A stretch of 32,000 nt of DNA. Source: Desulfurobacterium pacificum. Its GTDB lineage: Bacteria > Aquificota > Aquificia > Desulfurobacteriales > Desulfurobacteriaceae. Shown here in pieces: positions 15,608 through 23,991 of this stretch. Made by a program: the position numbers and the translations under genes. Within the stretch, counting starts at the first letter, position 1. The number at the start of each line of letters is the position of its first letter. Below the pieces are notes generated by a model. The model had not been told where the DNA came from. It saw nothing but the letters and a program-made list of their open reading frames with translations, and ran no database searches. Location of the stretch: contig NZ_FXUB01000005.1 in NCBI RefSeq assembly GCF_900182835.1, positions 34,906-66,905 of the forward strand. Reading direction: 5' to 3'.

Positions 15608-17252
15608 ATTCCTATTCATAACTGTAATAGCCGCATTCTTAATGACGGATTTTTTAATTGAAATAAAGGCAAAACGTTATACTAAAGAACAGTCAATAGT
15701 AAAAGTTTTTATCTCTCTAATCGGAGCCTTCCTCTTTTCTTCCTTAACGTTTTTAATTCCTAAAGCGGTATCAGACTTCAAAACCGCCTCAATAATTAAA
15801 GACATCCTTCTACTTTCCGCAACCCTTTACATAGTAAGAGCTATTAACGTTCTTTCCCCATCAAAAGGAATAAGAAAGTTCATCCCTTATGCCGTCTTTT
15901 TATTGGCATTTCTTTCACACGTTGTTTCTTTGACGCTAAAACTCCCTCCAAATGCAACAATTTTCTTGACACACCTCAATAGAGCATTCATACTGTTAGG
16001 AATTCTGCTAATACTACTCCAGTTAGAAGAAAAACTTCCACCTACACTAAACAGGTTACTCTCCATACTAACGGTGTTCCTATCCCTTCTGGCATTTCTG
16101 CTCTGGGAAACGGGAAAACTATCTCCCGATGTAACTTTTCTTAAAAAACTAACTGTAGCGGTATTTATCACTTCAGTTTACATTTTTGCAATCAGAAAAA
16201 CAGATACCTACCTGAGTTTCATCAAAAGGAAAGCAGAAGAAGACTACAACAGCATAAAGTTTAACGTTCAAGCGTTGCTGACCGCCATCTACGCAGTAGC
16301 TCTGAAAAAAATCCTCTCCACCACTCCCCCTTTCAACTCCATCTTTCAACAACTAAAAGATACATATCTAATAAATAACGACCTCATAAAAATCAACATA
16401 GACAACGTTTTAATAAGCATAATAACCGCCGTATTTCTCTTTTCCCTCCTAAACATAGGAAAGAAACTAATCAAGTTTTTCTTCCCCGAAAACAGAAGAG
16501 ACGTTGAAGGCGCATCAGCAGAAGCTCTCATATTCAACTTAGGAGTCCTAATTAACGTAATAATCCTGCTTTCTACTTTAGGAATAACGTGGAAAGTCCT
16601 TCTCCCTGTAGCAGGAACGTTGGGCGTAGGACTGGGATTCGGACTTCAAACGATAATGAACAACTACGTTAGCGGATTTATTCTCCTCTTTAGCAAAAAA
16701 TTAAAAGTAGGAGACATCGTTGAACTTCCATCAATATCGGTAACAACCTTAGGCAAACCTGAAAATTCCGTTTTCGGCAAAATAGAAGATATTGGAATAC
16801 TATCAACCATAGCAAGAACAAACGATGGAGTTGAAATTTCTATACCAAACTCTCAATTTATAAGCTCACCGATAGTGAACTTCTCGTACAGAGACCCTTT
16901 AGTGAGAATCCGAATTCCTATAGGTGTTGCCTACTCCTCAGACCCCAAAACTGTTAAACAGATACTCCTTTCAGTAGCCGAAGAAGTAGATGAAATTAGA
17001 AAAATCCCCCCACCCACCGTCTGGTTTGAAGAGTTGGGAGACAGCGCTCTGATATTTACTACAGTAGTCTGGACGGATATAAGGAAAAACGCGCGAATTA
17101 AAAACGTAATAAGTAACTTTTACTTCAAAGCGTGGTACAAACTCAAAGAAGCCAACATAGAAATTCCATTCCCTCAAAACGATGTTTGGTTCAGAAACAA
17201 ACTAAAGGTTGAAATTTTTAAATCCACTTCTCTCGACAGCAGACTAACTTAG
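15597..17252 (+). CDS. Mechanosensitive ion channel (MscS family) with extended N-terminal membrane domain
   Basis: Pore-helix/beta-domain signature GFGLQTIMNNYVSGFILLFSKKLKVGDIVEL, with multiple N-terminal TM helices. The TTG start overlaps the rad50 end by 11 nt. Confidence 0.9.
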   Translation: MKPEFLFITVIAAFLMTDFLIEIKAKRYTKEQSIVKVFISLIGAFLFSSLTFLIPKAVSDFKTASIIKDILLLSATLYIVRAINVLSPSKGIRKFIPYAVFLLAFLSHVVSLTLKLPPNATIFLTHLNRAFILLGILLILLQLEEKLPPTLNRLLSILTVFLSLLAFLLWETGKLSPDVTFLKKLTVAVFITSVYIFAIRKTDTYLSFIKRKAEEDYNSIKFNVQALLTAIYAVALKKILSTTPPFNSIFQQLKDTYLINNDLIKINIDNVLISIITAVFLFSLLNIGKKLIKFFFPENRRDVEGASAEALIFNLGVLINVIILLSTLGITWKVLLPVAGTLGVGLGFGLQTIMNNYVSGFILLFSKKLKVGDIVELPSISVTTLGKPENSVFGKIEDIGILSTIARTNDGVEISIPNSQFISSPIVNFSYRDPLVRIRIPIGVAYSSDPKTVKQILLSVAEEVDEIRKIPPPTVWFEELGDSALIFTTVVWTDIRKNARIKNVISNFYFKAWYKLKEANIEIPFPQNDVWFRNKLKVEIFKSTSLDSRLT

Positions 17253-17308
17253 AAACAAATATAGTTTTGATATAAATTTTTCACAAAACAAGTTATTGGA
17301 TAAAGTAA

Positions 17309-17623
17309 ATGGTAAAAACAGGCAAAAAAGTTAGCAAAGAATGTATATACAAACAGCTTAAAAAACTGAAGCCAATACTTGAACAGAATTTCGGGGTAGT
17401 AAAAATCGGTATTTTCGGCTCCGTCGCCCGCGGAGATAACACTGTGAACAGTGATGTTGACATATTGGTCGAAATTCAAAAAACAAAATTCAGTCTTATT
17501 GATTTTGTCAAGCTCAAACAGTTTTTAGAAGAAAAACTTGAATGCAAAGTAGACCTCGTTATGAAAAGAGCGATTAAACCGAAACTAAAAAAAGACATCT
17601 TAAATGAGGTCATATATGTCTAA
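17309..17623 (+). CDS. mntA: MntA-type minimal nucleotidyltransferase antitoxin (type VII TA)
   Basis: GIFGSVARGDNTVNSDVDILVE contains the GSxxRG...DxD NTase motif. Small protein (104 aa) immediately upstream of, and overlapping, a HepT/DUF86 gene. Confidence 0.9.
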   Translation: MVKTGKKVSKECIYKQLKKLKPILEQNFGVVKIGIFGSVARGDNTVNSDVDILVEIQKTKFSLIDFVKLKQFLEEKLECKVDLVMKRAIKPKLKKDILNEVIYV

Positions 17624-17963
17624 AAAGAAGTCTCCTGCTGTCTATTTAGAAGACATCTTAGAATCTATTAAAAAAATAGAAAAATACACAAAAGGTATGT
17701 CAAAAGAAGAGTTCTTCTCAAATGACCTCATCATAGATGGCGTAATAAGAAACTTAGAAATAATCGGAGAAGCTACCAAAAAACTCCCCACAACACTTAA
17801 AGAAAACCACTCCCATATTCCTTGGAAAGAAATAGCAGGAATGCGAGATATCCTTATCCACGACTACTCAGGCGTAGACGCCCAAGTTATTTGGGATACG
17901 ATAAAAGAAGATTTACCTACTCTAAAGAAACAGATTCAGGAAATACTAAAACAAATTCCTTAA
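17604..17963 (+). CDS. hepT: HepT-type (DUF86, HEPN) RNase toxin (type VII TA)
   Basis: HEPN Rx4HxY motif MRDILIHDY, plus RNLEIIGEA. It overlaps mntA. An alternative ATG at 17616 would give an 8-nt overlap. Confidence 0.9.
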   Translation: MRSYMSKKKSPAVYLEDILESIKKIEKYTKGMSKEEFFSNDLIIDGVIRNLEIIGEATKKLPTTLKENHSHIPWKEIAGMRDILIHDYSGVDAQVIWDTIKEDLPTLKKQIQEILKQIP

Positions 17964-17978
17964 AGGAGGTCAGATTAA

Positions 17979-18932
17979 TTGATAAAAGTAATCCTTGAGC
18001 TAAGCCCAGAAGATTTTTACACCATAGTCGGACATCACGAAGAAAACCTTAAGAAGATAGCAAAAATTTTGAACATCAACTTGGGTTCCCGCGGCAACGA
18101 AATAATGATAAACGGCAGCGCTGAAGGTGAAGAGAAAGCAAAAGAATTCTTTAAAGGTCTGGAAACCTTAATAAAGTCTGGACACAAAATTACAAAAAGC
18201 GATATGGATATGTACATAACTCAGCTTTCAAGCAGAGAAAAAGTAGAAATAGAAGCAAACAAGGAAATAGTAAAAACCTTTAGAGGTAAAAAAATCCTCC
18301 CCAAAACCCCCACCCAAAAAAGGTACGTCCAAGCAATAGAAAAAAACGATATCGTTTTCGGCGTAGGACCAGCAGGAACGGGTAAAACCTACCTCGCAGT
18401 TGCCGTCGCAGTATCTTACTTCAGAAAAGGTAAAGTAAATAGATTAATCCTTACAAGACCTGCGGTGGAAGCCGGTGAAAAGTTGGGTTTTTTACCGGGA
18501 ACGCTTCAAGAAAAGATAGACCCATACTTAAAACCCCTTTACGATGCCCTCTTTGAAATGATGGAACCGGAAAAGGTAAACGCCCTTCTTGAAAGGAACG
18601 TCTTTGAAATAGCGCCCCTTGCCTACATGAGAGGAAGAACGCTGAACGACGCATTCATAATCTTAGACGAAGCTCAAAACACAACAAAAGAACAGATGAA
18701 AATGTTTTTAACGAGGTTAGGTTTTGGCTCAAAGGTAGTAATAACCGGTGATATCACTCAAATAGACCTTCCATCAAAAGAACGTTCAGGACTTGTAGAA
18801 GCACTGAAAATACTAAAAGGCATAGACGGAATAGAAATTGTAGAATTTACAAGGCAGGACGTAGTAAGACACAGACTCGTTCAGGAGATAATAAAGGCTT
18901 ATGAAGAGTATGAAGCAGGAACAAAAGGATAA
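17979..18932 (+). CDS. phoH: PhoH-family ATPase (YbeZ-like)
   Basis: Walker A GPAGTGKTYLAVA, Walker B FIILDEAQN, ITGDITQIDLP. TTG start with an AAGGAGG RBS. Confidence 0.95.
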   Translation: MIKVILELSPEDFYTIVGHHEENLKKIAKILNINLGSRGNEIMINGSAEGEEKAKEFFKGLETLIKSGHKITKSDMDMYITQLSSREKVEIEANKEIVKTFRGKKILPKTPTQKRYVQAIEKNDIVFGVGPAGTGKTYLAVAVAVSYFRKGKVNRLILTRPAVEAGEKLGFLPGTLQEKIDPYLKPLYDALFEMMEPEKVNALLERNVFEIAPLAYMRGRTLNDAFIILDEAQNTTKEQMKMFLTRLGFGSKVVITGDITQIDLPSKERSGLVEALKILKGIDGIEIVEFTRQDVVRHRLVQEIIKAYEEYEAGTKG

Positions 18933-20949
18933 CTATCAGATATACGGCTTTGTTCTTTTAGCAGCGATAATCGTAACCGTTATAATGCTGCCTTTTAACG
19001 TTGTAAACGTTCCTCTTTTAAAACCGGGGCAGGTAAGCCCTACAGACATTCGTTCCCCCTATACGTTGAAGATTAAAGACGTAAAAGCAACCCTAAAACT
19101 TAAAGAGGAAGCAAAACAGAAAGTTCTACCCGTATTCAAACACCACGCCGTTGAAAATCAAGTACTCAAAGAAGTAGAAAGCGCCGGCAACTTTACAGAG
19201 AACGAGAAAAAATACCTTGAAGAGATATTAAAACTTTACTACAGAAGGGGAATCGTCAACCAGATACCTAACGGCTACAGCAGAGTAAAAATAATAACGG
19301 CAAAAGGCGAAAAGGTAGTAAACGCCGACAGATTTATAAAACTCAACCAGATTAAAAACTACCTCAGGCAGGATTTATCTCAGTTCATAAACAAAAACCG
19401 GGCAGAAGAGATAGTAAATAAAGTGGGAAAACTGATTAAACCAAACTACGTCTATCAGAAGGAACTAACAGAAACGCTCTGGTCTGAAGCGGAAAGCAAG
19501 GTAAAGCCCGTCTATATTACCCTCAAAAAGGGAGAAATATTAGTCAGGAAAGGGGAAAAAGTCACACCTGAAACGGCTGCAAAGATTAAACTCATACGCG
19601 AAGAGAAAGAGAAAGGCAGAGGCGTCAACAAATACCTTTCTTTAACGCTCCTTTCCCTTATACTCTTTTACTTACTTGTTAAACTCTACAGAATAACAAG
19701 TCCTTCGGCTTTCAACGTCAAAAACGTTCTTTTCTCTTTCTGCACCGTAACGTTAGACATACTCCTTATTAGGATATTCACCTACCTGTCAAAACTGATA
19801 GTTGAAAGCCTGAATTTACCGGTAAACGAACACCTGCTTTACGTTCCAATAGTTACGTCAACGATATTCGCATCTATGTTTATAACGAAGAAAGTTGCAA
19901 CAATTCACGTCTTTCCGGTTTCCATACTGCCTGCTTTTCTTTTACCTAAACCAGAGCTCTTTATTATTCCGGTGGCAGTGGGTGGGATTTTTTCCTGTTT
20001 TGATTCAAGAAAGTACAGAAGCAGAGAGATGATATACAAAAGCGCCTTCACAATGGGTCTATTCGCTTCCCTCCTCCAAGAAATTATCCTTATTTACTAC
20101 TACGGATTAACTTTAAAGCCTGAAAATATCGTTTTCCCGATTCTTTCACTTACAGGTGCTGGCATCACAGCAGTAGTAGTTAACGGTTTAAGTCCTTTAC
20201 TTATCAACATTTTCAAATTTACAACGGATATGGTTTATATGGAACTTATCAATCTTAACCACCCTCTCTTGAGGAAATTAGTACTAAAAGCACCCGGCAC
20301 TTACAGCCACTCAGTTATGGTAGCAACGCTTGCTGAAGCAGCAGCAGAAACGATTGGCGCAAACGCCCTTTTAGCAAAAGCAGGCGGTCTGTTTCACGAT
20401 ATAGGAAAACTTAAAAACCCTCAAGCTTTCATAGAAAACCAGACAAACGGTATCAACATACACGATAAGCTACCGCCGGAAAAGAGCGCTGCAATACTGC
20501 GCTCTCACGTTGAGTACGGAGAGGAGTTGGGCAGGAAGTATAACCTGCCAGAAAAAGTTATAGATATCATTAAACAGCACCACGGAACAAAACTGATGAA
20601 ATACTTCTACCACAAAGCTAAGGAATTATACGGTGATAAAGTTGATGAAAAAAAATTTAGATATCCAGGACCGAAACCTCAGTTCAAAGAAGCAGGAATC
20701 GTTCTCTTAGCAGACACCGTTGAAGCTGCGATAAGGTCTATGAAAGACAAAGATTTCAATTTAGAAGAAGCAATTCACAAACTAATAATGGATGAAGTTG
20801 AAGATGGTCAGTTAACCCAGAGCGGACTTTCACTGAAGGATATATCTTTAATAGAAAAAGTATTCAAGAAAGTTCTATCTGGGATATACCACAACAGAGT
20901 GGAGTATCCTGAAGAGGAAAGTGGAGGAGAGAATGGAAGAAGTAGGTAA
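18901..20949 (+). CDS. 7TM-receptor HD/HDIG phosphohydrolase (PgpH/YqfF-like)
   Basis: N-terminal extracytoplasmic domain, a block of about 7 TM helices, and a C-terminal HD domain (HSVMVATLAE, GGLFHDIGK, IIKQHHGT, LLADTVEAA). Typical position downstream of phoH. Confidence 0.85.
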   Translation: MKSMKQEQKDNYQIYGFVLLAAIIVTVIMLPFNVVNVPLLKPGQVSPTDIRSPYTLKIKDVKATLKLKEEAKQKVLPVFKHHAVENQVLKEVESAGNFTENEKKYLEEILKLYYRRGIVNQIPNGYSRVKIITAKGEKVVNADRFIKLNQIKNYLRQDLSQFINKNRAEEIVNKVGKLIKPNYVYQKELTETLWSEAESKVKPVYITLKKGEILVRKGEKVTPETAAKIKLIREEKEKGRGVNKYLSLTLLSLILFYLLVKLYRITSPSAFNVKNVLFSFCTVTLDILLIRIFTYLSKLIVESLNLPVNEHLLYVPIVTSTIFASMFITKKVATIHVFPVSILPAFLLPKPELFIIPVAVGGIFSCFDSRKYRSREMIYKSAFTMGLFASLLQEIILIYYYGLTLKPENIVFPILSLTGAGITAVVVNGLSPLLINIFKFTTDMVYMELINLNHPLLRKLVLKAPGTYSHSVMVATLAEAAAETIGANALLAKAGGLFHDIGKLKNPQAFIENQTNGINIHDKLPPEKSAAILRSHVEYGEELGRKYNLPEKVIDIIKQHHGTKLMKYFYHKAKELYGDKVDEKKFRYPGPKPQFKEAGIVLLADTVEAAIRSMKDKDFNLEEAIHKLIMDEVEDGQLTQSGLSLKDISLIEKVFKKVLSGIYHNRVEYPEEESGGENGRSR

Positions 20950-20950
20950 G

Positions 20951-21169
20951 ATGCTGGTGTATGGGGGGATTTTACTTATAATAACAGGACTTTTCATTAT
21001 CATAATATCAAAAGCAGGCAGTGGGTTTCCTATCGGAAGATTACCAGGAGACATATATATCAAAAAGGATAATTTCGTATTCTACTTTCCACTTGGAACA
21101 AGCTTATTGATAAGTTTCCTACTTTCTGCACTTTCCTTTCTTTTCTTTCTAATCATGAGGAAACAATGA
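20951..21169 (+). CDS. DUF2905-family small membrane protein
   Basis: GRLPGDIYIKKDNFVFYFPLGTSLLIS matches the family signature as I remember it. I prefer the ATG at 20951, 1 nt after the upstream stop. The ORF track starts at 20921. Confidence 0.7.
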   Translation: MLVYGGILLIITGLFIIIISKAGSGFPIGRLPGDIYIKKDNFVFYFPLGTSLLISFLLSALSFLFFLIMRKQ

Positions 21170-22320
21170 AGCCAATCAAATTAATAGTTCTAATTTCCCT
21201 TCTCACAACAACTACCTGCTACTCAGCAATTGTGGAAAGTATCAATTTTATAGGTTTAAAGTGGTGCAAAAAGGAATTCGTAGAGAGAGAAATCCTACTC
21301 AAACCCGGTGAAGAGTTTTCGGAAGAATTACTAAAAAAATCCGTAAGGAACCTTCTTAATACTCACCTGTTTTACAAAATTAACCCCCTGGTTAAAAAAC
21401 TCAAAAACGGAAACGTAAAGATAACTTTCTACGTTAAAGAACGCTTTCCCATAATTCCCGTTCCAAAATTCCGATTAAAAAGCGACGGCAGCTATAAAGT
21501 AGGAATAGAAATCAGAGATTACAATCTATCTGGAATGGGAAATAAACTATTCATAGGATACACAAAATGGATAAACACAGAATTTTCACAGGATAGATAC
21601 CTGTACTTTCAACTGTACAGACTCATAAAACAGAAAGGTAGCATAAATGGTAACGTTTATAGCCACGAGGACGAAAGCGAAAAAACGTTTAAAATCTCCG
21701 TAGCAAGCCCTTGGTTTTTAGACAGAGAAAAAATCCACACCCTCACCCCTGGCACCACCTACCTATTTCTCAGAGACAAAGACACAAACAAAATCAAACA
21801 CTATTTCTTCTCATTCTTAAGCTACTCCATTGATAGAACGACTGACCACGTTTACTACACTTCGGGAACGTTAATCACCTTTTACGTAAAAACTGCCATA
21901 CCAGAGATATCCTCTACATTTACAGGCTCCTTCGTAGGAAGCTACTCAAAACAAATCCACACAAAAAACGTTGATAGCTGGGGATACTCTTTTCTCTCAG
22001 GAACAAACTTTGGCAACTACGTTTTTCCACTATCTTCCGGAATACCAGGATACGACGACTCAAAATCGTCAGGTAAACGTTTTTTAACTTTTTCACTTAA
22101 CTACAGAAAAGCAGTCATAGACAAAAGCGTTTTCGTCAAGCCAAAACTTTACTTTGGAACAGTTTTCCCATCAAGAAATTTCCTTTTAACTCCAGGAATA
22201 GAAGCAGAAATCTTCTGGGCAAAGTTAGTAGATGGTATCATTAAACTCAGCTTTTTTAGGGGAATAGGTTCCAACAGCAGCAGCACTCAGGCGAACGTAA
22301 AATTCGGATTCAGGTGGTAA
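21166..22320 (+). CDS. Outer-membrane beta-barrel protein with one N-terminal POTRA-like domain (Omp85/ShlB superfamily)
   Basis: Signal peptide MKPIKLIVLISLLTTTTCYSA. POTRA-like IESINFIGLKWCKKEFVEREILLKPGEEFSEELLKKSVRNLLNTHLF. An alternating beta-strand pattern ends in ...NVKFGFRW, an aromatic C-terminus. Confidence 0.65.
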   Translation: MKPIKLIVLISLLTTTTCYSAIVESINFIGLKWCKKEFVEREILLKPGEEFSEELLKKSVRNLLNTHLFYKINPLVKKLKNGNVKITFYVKERFPIIPVPKFRLKSDGSYKVGIEIRDYNLSGMGNKLFIGYTKWINTEFSQDRYLYFQLYRLIKQKGSINGNVYSHEDESEKTFKISVASPWFLDREKIHTLTPGTTYLFLRDKDTNKIKHYFFSFLSYSIDRTTDHVYYTSGTLITFYVKTAIPEISSTFTGSFVGSYSKQIHTKNVDSWGYSFLSGTNFGNYVFPLSSGIPGYDDSKSSGKRFLTFSLNYRKAVIDKSVFVKPKLYFGTVFPSRNFLLTPGIEAEIFWAKLVDGIIKLSFFRGIGSNSSSTQANVKFGFRW

Positions 22321-22322
22321 AG

Positions 22323-23162
22323 ATGAAAGTAGCAATAGTCCAATTCAGGTCAGTTTTAGGAGATTTTAAAGCTAACTTAGAAAAAACCATTGACTTCATT
22401 GAAAAAGCTATAGAAGATGGGGCAGAAATCTGCCTCTTTCCTGAACTTAACTTAACCGGCTACAACGTTCAAGACATAACCAGCGAGATAGCTGTAACAG
22501 CTCAGCAATTGGAAAACTCTCCACTAAAACCTCTAAGTGAGAAAATTTCAATAATAGTAGGCGGAATTGAAGAATCTGAAGAACACGTTCTATACAACTC
22601 TGCATTTTGCTTCTCCGAAGGGAAACTAATCCACGTTCACCGCAAAGTATTCCTGCCAACTTACGGAATGTTTGATGAAGGAAGATTCACAGGCGCAGGA
22701 AAAGAAGTTAAAACGTTCTACCTCAATGGAGTAAAATCAACTGTACTAATCTGCGAAGACCTCTGGCACTTTTCAACGGTATATCTGTCCTTCATACAGG
22801 GAACGAAATTCATATTTGCCCTATCTTCAAGCCCCGGAAGAGGTTACAGAGAAAACGGAGAATTTGGAAACGCAAAAATATGGAAAAACATGGGAGAGTT
22901 CTATTCCAGAATGACCGGCAGCTACTTCTTTTACGCAAACCGCGTAGGCGTTGAAGATGGATTCGTTTTTTCAGGAAAATCATTCGCATGCGACCCATTT
23001 GGTAACGTAATAGCAGAAGCTTCCCCCTTCAAAGAGGAGATACTTTTAGTAAACGCAGACCTCTCTCTAATAAGAGCTGCCAGAATATCTCTGCCTCTCC
23101 TAAGAGATGAAAAGCCTGAAATTATTTTCAACAATTTAAGGAGAATCCTTGATGAAGGATAG
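22323..23162 (+). CDS. Carbon-nitrogen hydrolase (nitrilase superfamily); probable glutaminase subunit for NadE
   Basis: Candidate E-K-C triad contexts: CLFPELNLTGY, HVHRKVFLP, VLICEDLWH. I prefer the ATG at 22323 (MKVAIVQF, AGGTGG RBS) over the track's GTG at 22314. The 3' end overlaps nadE. Confidence 0.8.
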   Translation: MKVAIVQFRSVLGDFKANLEKTIDFIEKAIEDGAEICLFPELNLTGYNVQDITSEIAVTAQQLENSPLKPLSEKISIIVGGIEESEEHVLYNSAFCFSEGKLIHVHRKVFLPTYGMFDEGRFTGAGKEVKTFYLNGVKSTVLICEDLWHFSTVYLSFIQGTKFIFALSSSPGRGYRENGEFGNAKIWKNMGEFYSRMTGSYFFYANRVGVEDGFVFSGKSFACDPFGNVIAEASPFKEEILLVNADLSLIRAARISLPLLRDEKPEIIFNNLRRILDEG

Positions 23163-23991
23163 AATAGTAGAACTATTAGAAATAAAAGATAAAGCTTTCA
23201 TAACAAGCGTCCTTACACACTTCATAAAAGAAGAACTCAACAAAGCCGGATTTCAGAAAGCTGTAGTTGGAATATCGGGAGGTGTAGATTCAGCACTTAC
23301 AGCCTTCCTATCGGTGTTAGCTTTAGGTAAAGAGAACGTTATAGGCATATCAATGCCCTATAAAACAAGCTCAGAAGACTCAAAGAACGACGCCCGTTTA
23401 GTTGCAGAAACTTTAGACATAGAGTTCCACGAGATAGATATAACTCCCCAGATAGACGCTTATTACGAGAAATTTCCAGATGCAGATAGAATCAGAAAAG
23501 GAAACAAAATGGCAAGAGAGCGCATGAGTATTCTATACGACTTCGCCCACTGGAAAAACGCATTAGTTATAGGAACGAGTAACAAAAGCGAACTGCTTAT
23601 AGGTTATTCAACAAGGTGGGGTGACGGCGCTCACGACGTTAATCCAATAGGTGACCTCTATAAAACACAAGTATGGCAGATGGCAGAATACGTTGGCGTT
23701 CCTGAAAGAATAGTAAAGAAAAAGCCATCGGCAGACCTCTGGCCCGGTCAGACAGATGAAGGAGAAATAGGATTAACTTACCATACGCTTGACCAAATAC
23801 TACTTGCTTACGTTGACCTCCGAATGAAGAAGGAAGACATCGTAAACTTAGGATACGATAAATCAACTGTAGAAAAAGTTTTAAACATGGTCAAACGTTC
23901 CCAATACAAGCGAAAACTTCCTATAATCTGCAAAATCACTCAGAGAACCGTTGACAAAGACTTCCTATACTTCAGGGACTGGGGGCTATAA
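23149..23991 (+). CDS. nadE: NAD+ synthetase (synthetase domain only)
   Basis: PP-loop GISGGVDSA, plus IGTSNKSELLIGYSTRWGDGAHDVNPIGDLYKTQV and SADLWPGQTDE. The ATG at 23152 is an alternative start. Confidence 0.95.
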   Translation: MMKDRIVELLEIKDKAFITSVLTHFIKEELNKAGFQKAVVGISGGVDSALTAFLSVLALGKENVIGISMPYKTSSEDSKNDARLVAETLDIEFHEIDITPQIDAYYEKFPDADRIRKGNKMARERMSILYDFAHWKNALVIGTSNKSELLIGYSTRWGDGAHDVNPIGDLYKTQVWQMAEYVGVPERIVKKKPSADLWPGQTDEGEIGLTYHTLDQILLAYVDLRMKKEDIVNLGYDKSTVEKVLNMVKRSQYKRKLPIICKITQRTVDKDFLYFRDWGL

